Source: Octopus sinensis
Lineage: Eukaryota
DNA length: 41,756 nucleotides
Direction: 5' to 3'
NCBI RefSeq assembly: GCF_006345805.1
Contig: NW_021835306.1
Span: 1 to 41,756 of the forward strand
Shown here in pieces: positions 1-11,445 of the stretch (position 1 is the stretch's first letter; each line of letters starts with the position of its first letter). The translations under genes were made by a program, and so were the position numbers. The notes under the pieces are model-generated. The model did no database searches, was not told the DNA's origin, and worked only from the letters and a program-made list of their open reading frames with translations.

Positions 1-41
1 ACAGACACACAAACACACGCAACATATATATATATATATAT

Positions 42-78
<37 letters not shown>

Positions 79-82
79 CACC

Positions 83-233
83 ACAGGTTTCTTTCAGTTT
101 CCGTCTACCAAATCCACTCACAAGGTTTGGGTCGGCCTATTTCCTAGTACAAGACATGTGCCCAAAGTGCCACGCAGAGGGACTGAACCCGGAACCATGT
201 GGTTGGTAAGCAAGCTACTTTCCACACAGCCAC
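83..233 (-). mobile_element. tRNA-derived CORE-type SINE head (family B)
   Basis: Minus strand reads GTGGCTGTGTGG...GGTTCCGGGTTCAGTCCC (A/B-box-like), then GGCACTTTGGGCACATGTC (CORE-like) and GTGAGTGGATTTGGTAGACGGAAACTGAAAGAA. The same sequence recurs at about 25840, 37100, 38650, 39785, 40706, 41388 and 41582. Confidence 0.8.
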
Positions 234-274
234 ATATATATATATATATATGTGTGTGTGTGCATGTGTTGCTG

Positions 275-440
275 TTGCTGGTGTGTTTACGACTCTGTAA
301 CTTCGTGTTTCGGCAAATGAGACCGAATAATAAGTTCTAGGCTTACAAAGAATAAGTTCTGGGGTCAATTTCTTCGACTGAAACCTTTTAAGACGAAACT
401 CCAGCATGGCCGCAGTAAAATGACTGAAATCAGTAAAGGA
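275..440 (+). mobile_element. SINE 3' module (family D) with LINE-like tail
   Basis: GCTGGTGTGTTTACG...AATAAG...GGGGTCAATTTC...CCAGCATGGCCGCAGT...TGACTGAAA; homologous copies at 4372, 26043, 37600, 38850 and 40190. Confidence 0.7.
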
Positions 441-669
441 TTAACTATCAACCAGCATCACTACAACCACAGTTATCACATTACGACATCACACTACACC
501 ACAGCCAACCATTACACCATACCATCTCGCCACCACCTTACGTATCCCAGATCACGCCACTTCCAGCCCGCTATAACACTACGCTTCATACCATTCCACT
601 TAAGACCACCACCACTTCTCTACTACAACAACACACCACACTGACCACCACCACCACCACCAGCACTAT

Positions 670-950
670 TTAGCTCATGACCGTAACGTCACAAGTTCGA
701 TTCCTGGCAGTGCATTGTGCCCCCTTGAGCAAGACTCTTTATTTCACGTTGCTTCAATTCATTCAATTGGCAGAAATGAGTTCTACCAGTATTTCAAAGG
801 GCCAGCCTTGTCGTGTTCTGCTGAATCTCCCCGAGAACTACGTTCAGGGTACACATGTCTGTGGAGTGCTCAGGTAATTACACATTAATTTCACGTGCAG
901 GCTGTTCCGTTGATTTGATCAACTTGAAATCTTGTCGTAACCGACTGAGA
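670..950 (+). mobile_element. tRNA-derived SINE (family C-like), degenerate
   Basis: AGTTCGATTCCTGG B-box followed by CCTTGAGCAAGACTCTTTATTTCACGTTGCT, similar to 22666-22950. Confidence 0.55.
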
Positions 951-1544
951 GCCAGGACTGCAAGAAGGTACCATCGTAACACAGCACTATCAATCCTCTA
1001 ACCCAATTCAACATTACACCTTCAATCAACCAGATTGAAACCATAGCTTCAACACCACACCACACCACCACACCAGCACCGTTTATACCAATGCGATGGA
1101 ATATACATACACAGCCCCCAAAGACTTATTGAAGTCTCAGCCTATTTCCTTGTAAAAGCTTGTTTAGGGTTGCAAAGATTTCCGTTTAAAATATTCTTTG
1201 TTGCCTTTTCTCTATCCTTTCATTTCTACCTATTGTTAAACATTCATTCATTTTCCCCTTCTTTCTTAACTATATTCATTCTCTGTTACTTCGTTCGTTC
1301 GTTTGTTTCTTTCTTTCTTTCTTACTTTCTTTCTATCTTTGCTGTTTTATTTTAATTATATTTCTTTATTCAATTCTGTATAGCTTATGAAAGTTTCAAC
1401 AGAGAGTGCAGTGATTGCTGTTAAGCGAGAAAGTTTACCAAATAATTACGTTTCGCGGTTCTCATTATAATGAAATCTTAATATCTTTTACAAGTCATTT
1501 AATGTTAATGAATATACGTATAATTATACAATATACACACTGGA

Positions 1545-1940
1545 AAATGTATATATAGTACAAAGACGCAGGTCTACATATGCATACATATATCAGACAC
1601 GAATGTTTGTGTAACTACAATATATGTGCGTATGTGTATGCATGTGTATACACGTATATATATATATATATATATATGCATTTATAGATATATATGTGTG
1701 CATACATGTATATGTGTGTGTGTGTATATATATATATATATGGACTTATAGATATATATATATGTGTATGTGTATGTGTATAATATATATATATATATAT
1801 TATAGGTATGTATTTATAGATATACATATATATGTGTGTGCATGTATATGTATATACATATATATTAATTACCCAAAGTACTAAATAAATGATTTGGATA
1901 ACTTGAAATGTATAGGATTTCCTTTTGTGTTTATATGAAT

Positions 1941-1977
<37 letters not shown>

Positions 1978-1995
1978 CACACACGTGTGTGTGTT
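1545..1995. repeat. compound (TA)n/(TG)n/(CA)n microsatellite
   Basis: Directly visible. Confidence 0.9.
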
Positions 1996-2272
1996 TGGCT
2001 GTCTACACAACTATATACGGACACCTGACTCACGTTGTTTACACTTTGATGTCAATGTTCTGTTTGAGTCTGAGTCTGATTTCGATTAGTGCCTGACACA
2101 TCCATGGAGTCGCTGATGTTTGTGATACTCTGTCACCTAGCACCGCCTTTTACACTGATTTATCGGAGCAAGGTGCAGTGAGAGCGAACAACCTAGAGAG
2201 ACGTGGGGTCGAATGACAACTGGGCCTGTCTACGATGGGATCTAAGTGCAATCTGAGCTTGTAGTCGCTAGG

Positions 2273-2400
2273 TGTATGTATGTATGTATGTATGTGTGTA
2301 TGTATGTATGTGTGTATGTATGTATGTATGTATGTATGTATGTATGTGTGTGTATGTATGTATGTATGTATGTATGTATGTATATATGTATGTATGTATG
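2273..2400. repeat. (TATG)n microsatellite
   Basis: Directly visible. Confidence 0.95.
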
Positions 2401-2634
2401 TAAGCTTTTATGAATATTTGTTAATGTATAGTATATGTATTATATGTATACTATCTAAATGTGTGTACGTTTATAAGCATAAAGGTATCCTGTACATGTG
2501 TTTATATGTATATATATATATGCACACACTTTATTAATAAAGCTTATTACTCTACCTCCGGTATTCGAGTACAATTTTTCCAACCTTGTTTCACAACAAT
2601 GTGTTTACTCACACACACACATATATATATATAC

Positions 2635-3240
2635 ATTTCTATTCCACCTTCTCATCCCCCATCCTATCCCACACACCCTCTCCCACATACCCCACCTCTA
2701 CCCCCACCCTCTGCCTACCCACAAACCCCAACTCTACCCCAACCCTCAGCCGAACACACACCCCACCGTGCTTGCCCCACTCTCGCCTCCCCCACCTCCC
2801 AACAACATCACACCACACCACACTACACCGTACAACATTGCACATCACATCACAACACACCACCCACACACCCATCCCCACATTTTCACACCTACACATA
2901 CATACACGCACACGTCCAGACCACCAGCCCTCTTTCACACGCACATACATACTCTCTTATACACGCACGCACCTTCGTGTTGGGGGTCATCTTTACTTTG
3001 TTATCTCCCCTACTTTTCCTCTCGTGTGTGACCCTTCTGTCCGAGTCAGCGCCATGATAGATCGTGAGCCACTACACACATTTTTTTCTCTCTTTGTTTC
3101 TCTCCTTGTTTTTTCTGTGTCCCTTTCTTTAGAAGAGTGTAGGCTCGAAACGTAAAAGACTTTTTCTATTCCTGAGCGCGTAATACTAATACATCTGTTG
3201 TTTTGTACACTACCTGTCTTTTTTTCGTAAACTCTCCCTA
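2635..3240 (+). mobile_element. 3' UTR/terminal repeat fragment of Penelope-like element
   Basis: Homologous to 34090-34690 (CACGCACACGTC...CACCAG...GCACCTTC...TTATCTCCCC...GAAGAG-GTAGGCTCGAAACGTAAAAGAC) and to 36110-36296. Ends AAACTCTCCC followed by (TA)n. Confidence 0.8.
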
Positions 3241-3256
3241 TATATATATATAGTAT

Positions 3257-3306
<50 letters not shown>

Positions 3307-3339
3307 ATATTATATATATATATATATTATATATAAGAT

Positions 3340-3952
3340 TTAAACTTGTTTCAGTTCCAAACCTGTGGTCATGCTGGGAAGTATTAATGCACGTGACCCT
3401 CGTCTCTTGGATCACTATGTTACTAGGATGGAATTGTGAACTGCTACATTATGTTGGTGCAGCTACTCCTGCATTTTTCGACAAAGTCTCTTCCTCTTTC
3501 TTCTCAAAACCTCTACAAATAACTCCAACTAGATGGAACTCACTGCATGTAGATGATACACTTGCTTCGAAAATTGGGATCATCATAAGCATCCTAGTGC
3601 GCTTTCTTTGTCTGACCTCTTGTACCAGTGAAATCAGATGCTCGTCTCATACAGTTTTATAATTAAATTACAGATTTTTCGTATTTTCACCTAAAGTTCT
3701 TGCAGTCTGTCTTGAGCAATGACGTTCCTAGTTCCATAATCAACGATTCCATATCTTCAAGTCTCATATTCAGGATGTGAAATATATCTGGCTTCTGGGT
3801 TGCTTCTTTTATATTGGTCAAATTTTCTACAATTTATCGCCAAACATTTTTTGTCAGTTACGCTTCCACGTCAGAAATCTGGTGGTAATTTGTTTTATTG
3901 TCTTGTAATGTACGTAGGTCCATAGTTTGCAGCCGAATTTTTGATCGTTCGC
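3340..3952 (-). pseudogene. exon-like relic, possible CARD/death-fold repeats
   Basis: Acceptor-like TTTTAAG|G at 3952. Translates MDLRTLQDNKTNYHQISDVEA*...IVENLTNIKEATQKPDIFHILNMRLEDMESLIMELG...LELFVEVLRRK, with stops and frameshifts. Fold call is by pattern only. Confidence 0.35.
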
Positions 3953-4044
3953 CTTAAAACATATAAATGTGTGTGTATTTGTGCATGTGCGCGCGTATGT
4001 GGATACATATGTGTGCATGTGTGTGTTTAAATAACAGAAACATA
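3653..4044 (+). repeat. ~390 bp direct duplication, copy 1 (copy 2 at 6623-7010)
   Basis: Near-identical to 6623-7010, from AGTTTTATAATTAAA to AACAGAAACATA. Confidence 0.95.
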
Positions 4045-4350
4045 AGCAGTCTGAGGGTATTTCATATATTTCTATACCGTTTTTGCCAAGTTTAACACAA
4101 AACTTCGTTGCACTCTGATCTTTCGAACTGTTTTTACGTCACAGCTGCATTCTGCAAACTAGTCAGCTGTGACAAGGACTTTTTTGTAGGAATTGTTCGA
4201 TGTGCTGTTACGGCTGTCTCCTTCGGTCTGTAATAACAAAAGTTAACAAGTCAGCTTAGTAGATGTATAGTAGTGATATACTAAAATTGCAATAATCTAG
4301 GACAGTATTAACAGCCTTTTCTAAAAAGGACTCAAGACTTCCGGAATGTA
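4043..4350 (-). mobile_element. mariner 5' fragment (start of the N-terminal HTH)
   Basis: Minus strand KDQSATKFCVKLGKNGIEIYEI/QTAY resembles the mariner N-terminus EQRxxIKFCVKLGKxxTETxEMLxTAYG. A small GTCACAGCTG...CAGCTGTGAC hairpin lies upstream. Confidence 0.6.
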
Positions 4351-4371
4351 TCTTGTATATTTTGTGTATAC

Positions 4372-4503
4372 TCTTTTACTTGTTTCAGTTATTTGATTGC
4401 GGCCATGCTGCAGCACCGCCTTTAGTCGAGGAAATCGACCCCGGGACTTATTCTTTGTAAGTCTAGTACTTATTCTATTTGTGCCCTTTTGCCGAACCGC
4501 TAC
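4372..4503 (-). mobile_element. SINE 3' module (family D)
   Basis: Reverse complement of AGCGGTTCGGCAAAA...AATAAGT...GGCGGTGCTGCAGCATGGCCGCA...CTGAAACAAGTAAAAGAG. Confidence 0.75.
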
Positions 4504-4509
4504 CTTGGT

Positions 4510-5287
4510 ACCTCGACCCAAAGCGCTGCGAAGGTTTTGTGGGACAAAGTTAATGGAAATGCGTTGAAATATTCATTTGTCACACTAGCTTTACAAGCAG
4601 GCCAACGAATGCAATATTCTCGTCAATTCCTAAGGACTTATCGTAATCATCATTGGCAATAAGAGAGATAACCAGGCATACATATTGATATACGTATTCC
4701 ATTAGTCTACATATCCTACGTCTGGTCGACAATCTTTCCTTGATTAAATGCAAAATATGGTTTAACTCCATTACTGTGTCTTGCAAGAATGTTGTAACCA
4801 GTTCTGTTTCTCAATATCGTGAACATTACACGAGAACAGTTTATGTCCATCATCAACAACAACAAGTGTGTATAATTTCAACTTTTTTCTCTCCTCGGCA
4901 GATCCTATCATGTAGCCTCAACAAGGCTGACAAAAGGTTCACTGCTAGGGCGAAAATCATTATAGACAAGCTAAAATATTCTGTTAATGGCTCTAATAGT
5001 CGCTACATTTCTTGTCGATCGTGACGCTGCCTGTCTCATTACGGTCTCGATGATAGCAGTTGAAATTTTTACAAAGTGTAGTGACTCTCTCATCTATGTG
5101 TAAAATTTCTTCTCTCAGTATAGTCAGTAGCTTTCGGTAGTGTTGTTTTGTTTCCTTGATGACAGCTTTGTGGTTGAGGAGATGGTGTGTACAGTTCAAA
5201 AGCATTTTTGCTTTTCAGCTGTACTCACCATCTCCTCAACAACGAAGCTTCCTGTACATCAATCTCCATGTTTCTTTCGCATTGATC
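4510..5287 (-). pseudogene. exon-like relic, possible CARD/death-fold repeats
   Basis: Acceptor TTTTTCCAG|G at 5287. Protein-like segments ETKQHYRKLLTILREE, MELNHILHLIKERLSTRRRICRLMEYV and LIANDDYDKSLGIDENIAFVGLLVKLV/NEYFNAF, broken by stops and frameshifts. Confidence 0.35.
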
Positions 5288-5326
5288 CTGGAAAAAGCAT
5301 TCAAACCACCCTTGTATAGATTATAA

Positions 5327-5591
5327 CAGTATTTCTCAACCGTTTTTCATTATCTATGAATCCTTTAGATTTCTATTTTACTCTACAACACCCTCGTGGC
5401 CATTTGATTTTTAAAAAATTCCCAGTATATTTTAATGATTTAATAATATTAGGACTTGTATAAAAAAAAATATTCGTTGAAATATTTTGGGTATTGTACA
5501 AGTGTGACCAATTTATTGCTCATAGTTTTTAAGAACAAAATCTTGTATGCCCCTCCACAAGGGTCATGTGAACACCAGTTAAGAACCACTG
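5327..5591. mobile_element. hAT-type MITE
   Basis: Imperfect TIRs CAGTATTTCTCAAC and GTTAAGAACCACTG. The 8-bp flanks GATTATAA (5319-5326) and AATTATAA (5592-5599) match at 7/8, consistent with a hAT TSD. Confidence 0.75.
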
Positions 5592-5855
5592 AATTATAAT
5601 ATCGAATTCATGCAGATCATCGGCCTGTGGTTTTTCGCTCCGTGTAACGTAACTCGTGGCTTTTAGTTGGTGTTGATGTATGTGCAACCGTTAACGAGCG
5701 TTTATAGTCGCTGTGAAAATGTCAACCGCGTACGGCCTCTAGGACTCAGGATCACTTTTCCCATAACCAACTGTTAGGCCTCTCGCGGTAGATTTGTGAA
5801 ACAATCTGGACAGTTTCACTGATAAATATATGTTTTGGTGATATATGTTTAAAGA

Positions 5856-6232
5856 CGGCGAGGAGCTGGCAGAAGCGTTGGCGAAATGATCAGCAGTATT
5901 TCGTCTGTCGCTACGTTCACAGTTCAGATTCCGCCGAGGTCGACTTTGCCTTAAATAAGTACCAGTTACGCGCTGGGGTCGATATAATCGACTTAATCCG
6001 TTTCTCTGTCCTTGTTTGTCCCTTCTGTGTTTATCCCCTTGTGGGTAGTAACGAAATAGGTATTTCGTCTACCGCTACATTATGAGTTCAAATTCCGTCA
6101 AGGTCGACTTTGCCTTTCATCATTTCGGGGTCGATAAAATATATACCAGTTATGCACTGGTGTCAATGTAATCGACTTAATTCCTTGTTTGTCCCCTCTA
6201 TGTTTAGCCCCTTTTGGGAAATAAAGAAATAA
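5856..6232 (+). mobile_element. tRNA-derived SINE family A (Meta-domain-like), two tandem units
   Basis: GAGCTGGCAGAA head, GAGTTCAAATTCCG B-box, central GCCTTTCATC(C)TTTCGGGGTCGATAAA...TACCAG, tail TTTAGCCCC...AAAGAAATA. Confidence 0.85.
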
Positions 6233-6305
6233 ATATGTTTGCATTTCGGAGTTCATTTGATTACTGATTTGTTGTTTGTTAAAATTCCAAACAGATCCTG
6301 CGCAG

Positions 6306-6352
<47 letters not shown>

Positions 6353-6419
6353 TGTTTACATAATGAGAATGTAAAAACTTGGAAAGACGTCGAATAACTC
6401 GCCATTATCGGTGGAACAG

Positions 6420-6918
6420 GAGCTCAAAGTATATAAAGCTAATCCTTTGAATTGAATAAATCGAAAGTAGCCTTCGAATTTTCTGTCAAAAGGGTTTTTT
6501 TTAACGCAATATTAACTCTCTATCATCTATAGCTTTATCTACTTCGAGTTCCGTATTTGAAAACTGTATCTGCTTGTGAAAGTCTATGTGTGTCTGTTCA
6601 ATCAAAATCACGACTATGTTCGAGTTTTATAATTAAAGATTTTTGGTATTTTCGTATAAAGTTCTTGCAGTCTGTCTTGAACAATGACGTTCCTAGTTCC
6701 ATAATCAACGATTCCATATCTTCAAGTCTCATATTCAGGATGTGAAATATATCTGGCTTCTGGGTTGCTTCTTTTATATTGGTCAAATTTTCTACAATTT
6801 ACCGCCAAACATTTTTTTGTCAGTTACGCTTCCACGTCAGAAATCTCGTGGTAATTTGTTTTATTGTCTTGTAATGTACGTAGGTCCGTAGTTTGCAGCC
6901 GAATTTTTGATCGTTCGC
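6420..6918 (-). pseudogene. exon-like relic, possible CARD/death-fold repeats
   Basis: Same acceptor as the copy at 3952. Continues KNFIRKYQKSLIIKLE...QFSNTELEVDKAIDDRELILR/KTLLTENSKATFDLF, which follows CARD-like helix spacing. Disrupted. Confidence 0.4.
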
Positions 6919-7010
6919 CTTAAAACATATAAATGTGTGTGTATTTGTGCATGTGCGCGCGTATGTGGATACATATGTGTGCATGTGTGTGTTTAAATAA
7001 CAGAAACATA
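6623..7010 (+). repeat. ~390 bp direct duplication, copy 2
   Basis: Near-identical to 3653-4044. Confidence 0.95.
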
Positions 7011-7054
7011 TATATCAATAAATATAAATGTATTCACTCACACATATCTACACG

Positions 7055-7258
7055 ACATATATATATATATATATACATATATATACATATATATATGTGT
7101 ATGTGTATATATATGTGTATGTGTATGTCTGTGTATATGTGTGTGCGCGCTTGGATATATTTGTGTGTGTGTATATAATGTATGCATGTATGTATACACA
7201 AACATATATGCATAATATGTACTTATTTATATATATATATTCACATATTTGCATATAC

Positions 7259-7312
<54 letters not shown>

Positions 7313-7492
7313 ATATAGGTATATATGTATATATATGTGTATGTGTATGTGCTGTATGTCTGTATATGTGTGTGCGCGCTTGGATATATTTGTGTGTGTG
7401 TATATATATATATGTATGTATGAGTATGTATACACAAACATATATGCCTATTATGAATACTTATTATATATATATATTCACATATTGCATAT

Positions 7493-7566
<74 letters not shown>

Positions 7567-7576
7567 TATATATATA
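7055..7576. repeat. (TA)/(TG) microsatellite containing a ~200 bp tandem duplication
   Basis: The unique anchors GTGTGCGCGCTTGGATATATTTG and TATACACAAACATATATGC each occur twice (about 7140-7210 and 7370-7450). Confidence 0.85.
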
Positions 7577-7899
7577 CAAAGGAAACAAATATTAACAAAA
7601 CAATTCAATATTTCAATTTTTACGAATTCAATGTGGAAAATATTTATTCCGACATATTTTCACTGTTGAAGAACTGTCCCGGAACAAAGACAAAAACAAA
7701 AATGAAGCTGCACATGCCCACTTAACGTCATATTGCATACTGTGTGAGGTTTAAGAGAGAATATAGCAACACTTGATGTCATATATTGCAGACTCTGTGA
7801 GTTTTATGAGAGAATAGCAGCGATTTGTTTAGTTATGACAATTAAATTTTGAACACATAATGGCTTTTCCTCGCATGGCTTCCGGAAACTGTGTGATTT

Positions 7900-8700
7900 G
7901 GTGGCAATAATAATGTTCAGTAACGTTAACAACACCGACAACTATAACAACGACTAGGACTACGATTACAGCTACATTAAGTATTGTTAGAGCATTGCTG
8001 TTGTAAGAATAACGACAACAACTACAGCGTTCATAATAGTCTTATCATGGAAGCTTATTAGAGTTAAGTCATCAAAGTTTAAAAAAACTGCAAGAGAAAC
8101 AGTAAAAATTATTTCAAACAATTAAAACAGCAACATATTGCATTAACAATCCCATCTCCCATAACAACAACAACAATATTGACATGAACATCAACACAAC
8201 ATTTATTGAAATTATTTAACAAAAAAAATTAAGAAAATATTAACACCATATATTGAGCAACATTAACGAAACAACAACAAAATGTTTACGACTGATGGAC
8301 AAATAAATAAAGGAAAATGAGAATCTGAAAGAAAATCACGAATAACGAGAATAATAATAATAACCAAAACAATAACGACAGTGGCAATAACAATATATCA
8401 TCATCATCATCAACAACAACAACAACGGTATTAACTACAGTAACAAGGGTAATAATAAAGATAGTAATATAAACAAAATGATCGTAATAACAGAGAGGGG
8501 AATGATCTACAATAATAACATATAACTAAGACAACAACAAACATAATGTTCGATATAACGACACAATAAGAGCAATTACAACGATAATAATGTTGTAAAA
8601 ACAATAATAATAATAATAGCAACTCTAGCAACAACAACAATGATCGCAAACATAACAGTAATAATTACTTTAATAATGACAACAATAAAAACTTAATTTC
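7900..8700. repeat. degenerate (AAC/AAT)n low-complexity tract
   Basis: Interrupted trinucleotide runs. Confidence 0.75.
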
Positions 8701-9384
8701 AACAGTAACGGGAGGAGTATTTATTTATGCGCCCTTTTCAGCCTAGAATTTGGTCTCCCTCTGATATTTAGTTTGTCTTCAACACAGCAACCCAATGAGA
8801 TGTTATTTCAAGAAAAATACTGTCATAAGTAGTGTGTATATATTATGATTGATAAACAACTCTCTCCCCTATGTGTGTGTGTGTGTGTGTCTGTTTGTGC
8901 GCGCGTGCGTGTGTATGTGTGTGTATATGTACAACACATACGCATGCACAAATCGTTCTTTGAATCATTTTGTACCTTCTGCCAATTAAGAATAACAGTC
9001 TGAAGTATTGGCACAAGTGGTGTGGTAAATCGATTACATAAAGCAGAGCTTCCTACCCTGAGGTCAGCGGACCCCTGGTTGTCCACAAAGGTAGTACTGG
9101 GGAGAACGTGAACTAAATTCAAAATCTCATACACACACACATACACACATACACATACACACACATACACACACACATACACACACATATATATATACAC
9201 ACACACACACATAAGGGTAAGCATATTAAAAGGGAGATGCTTCTTTGTGTTGTTTGTTTTGTTTCCCATTTGTGTCTTTCGTTGTTCGAAAGAATAGTTC
9301 ATGTTCCATGTACTCGTACTTCGTACTTTTTTGTTGTGCAACTTTCGTGACGTCTTGTGCCCATATATGCATATATATATATAC

Positions 9385-9416
<32 letters not shown>

Positions 9417-9472
9417 ATATATATATATATTATATATATATATATATATGCATATATATATATGCATATATG

Positions 9473-9765
9473 TGTGATAGCCTGGGCTCCAGAGGCCCAC
9501 AGCTCTTCAATATCCTCCCGAAGGACCTGAGAGACCTGCATGGGGTGGATGCAGATGTCTTTAAAATAAAACTGGATCTCTTCTTGTCAGGTGTCCCAGA
9601 TGAACCAACTTCACGGCAGGAGGTGCAGATGAGGGCAGCTGCATCGAACTCTCTCATGCGCCAGATGGCAATTGCTAAAAAGCATTCGTGAAGTAAAATC
9701 ATGTAGCAACACCAAATGGCGGTGCCCCAGCATGGCCACAGCTCGTAGCTGAAACTAGATATAAA
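9473..9765 (+). mobile_element. 3' end of a CR1-like LINE (ORF2 C-terminus plus 3' UTR)
   Basis: RGPQLFNILPKDLRDLHGVDADVFKIKLDLFLSGVPDEP...AAASNSL is a typical invertebrate CR1-group ORF2 terminus. 5'-truncated and flanked by (TA)n. Confidence 0.75.
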
Positions 9766-10125
9766 TTAAATATATATATATATTATATATTTATGTATAT
9801 ATATATATATATATAGATGGTGCATGTTTTTGTAAGTCAATACCGTGTTCCAGATGAAACACGACAGATATGAAACGTAATGTCCCTGTTCCATCTACTC
9901 CGCGTAACGGATATCTTGAACCTAGATGTCCAATATCGGAAATTCAAATTAGGTTCATATAACCTAAACAACACCTCCAAGCAGTTGTCTATCATAAAAA
10001 TTAACAATTTATAATAGAAACAGATTTGCTGTTTACACTCGTTTTATATTCCTTGGAAAGCATTGCCTGTCTTGCTTCGTGCAGGGAAACAAGTATATAT
10101 GAATACTGAGATAGTCATCAGTTGT

Positions 10126-10350
10126 GTACATACATACATACATACATACACACATACACACACATACATACATACATACATACACATACATACACACAGA
10201 CATACATACATACATACATACATATACACATACATGCATACATACATACATACATACATATACACATACATACATACATATACACATACATGCATACATA
10301 CATACATACATACATACATACATACACACATACACATACATACATATATA
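10126..10350. repeat. (CATA)n microsatellite
   Basis: Directly visible. Confidence 0.95.
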
Positions 10351-11445
10351 TGCATCTCCTATGATAAAAGGCAGATTTTCTCTGCCTGTTCCCATGTTTC
10401 TTTTTAATACAATTCTACAATATAGAATTTCTTCAACTGGAATTTACCTATGATTTTTCCAAGTAGATTCGATTGGGTCATGGCATGTAAAGTTTTTTCA
10501 AATTGACACCCAATTAAGCAAAAATTCGAGAAAACTCAATATTTTACGATTTCCCTCTCTCATTTCAAGTGGTTTACTCCTGCTATTACCACCACACTTT
10601 CTCCTACTTTCTCTTGGCAAGTGTGAAACTATTAAAGTGAAAGTATTATATAACAGGGATGAGCCATTAATACTGGTCATCCTTTTTGCTAGAGGAAGAT
10701 CCGCTATGGTCTTATATGCTACACCACTGGTTTTTCAATCATATTAATCAATTAATATTCATTTTTCACCCTTATCATGTGTGTGTGTGTGGTGTGTGTG
10801 TGTGTGTGTGTATTAGCAATTCGTATAAAATTGCATCAATGACTTGAACTTGAATAAGTGGTTTCACATAAATGGGGATAAATCAAAAAGATTTGTTGTT
10901 ATTATTATTACTGTTTGACAATTGTAATCACGTTTGTTGGTTCCTCGTCAGGGAAACGTTGTTGTGTTGCATTTGTTAAATAATTGTAAACCGTAACCCT
11001 CCCCCTTTCGGAGAAGGGGCTTTGGTTATTGTTTAAAAATTGAATTGTGTCCCTGTTTGGGGAAATTGACAATATTTTCACCGTCTTTACGGAAGCATTT
11101 TTGTTAAAATGCCTTCGATAGAAGAAAGTCCAAAAATGAATTTCGCTGTAGCCGTACACTTCTATACAAGAGGGAGGACAAGATCCAATTGATCGAAATG
11201 CAAGAGACGGGCCTACAATTCCAGTCTGTTAATATTTTGAGTATTGTTATCACTAGCGATATCAAGATATAACTTTGTATTTTGTATTTTGTGTAGATGT
11301 ATATATATAGATGTACATGTAATATGTACACATATATATATATACATATATACATGCATAATATATCTACTCATACACACATACGCACACAAACACACAC
11401 ATACATAGGGGCAGGTGTGGCTGTGTGGTAACAAACTACGTTCGA

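Noticed and set aside
1615-2537. ORFs rich in YI/CV/HT/MYVC repeats here and throughout (7.0-7.6, 10.0-10.4, 18.4-18.7, 20.7-21.7, 22.9-23.1, 30.3-30.5 kb)
   Set aside because: They are translations of microsatellites that lack stop codons, not genes.
2461-3155. Pro/His/Thr-rich ORFs in three frames
   Set aside because: This is the C/A-rich 3' UTR of the Penelope-like element, open in all frames because of composition.
7715-7822. Two ~52-bp tandem units; CRISPR-like array considered
   Set aside because: A simple diverged tandem duplication without spacers, in eukaryotic context with no cas genes.
9850-9962. Possible plus-strand exon (MKRNVPVPSTPRNGYLEPRCP...)
   Set aside because: Short, with a weak donor site, no recognisable homology and no partner exons.
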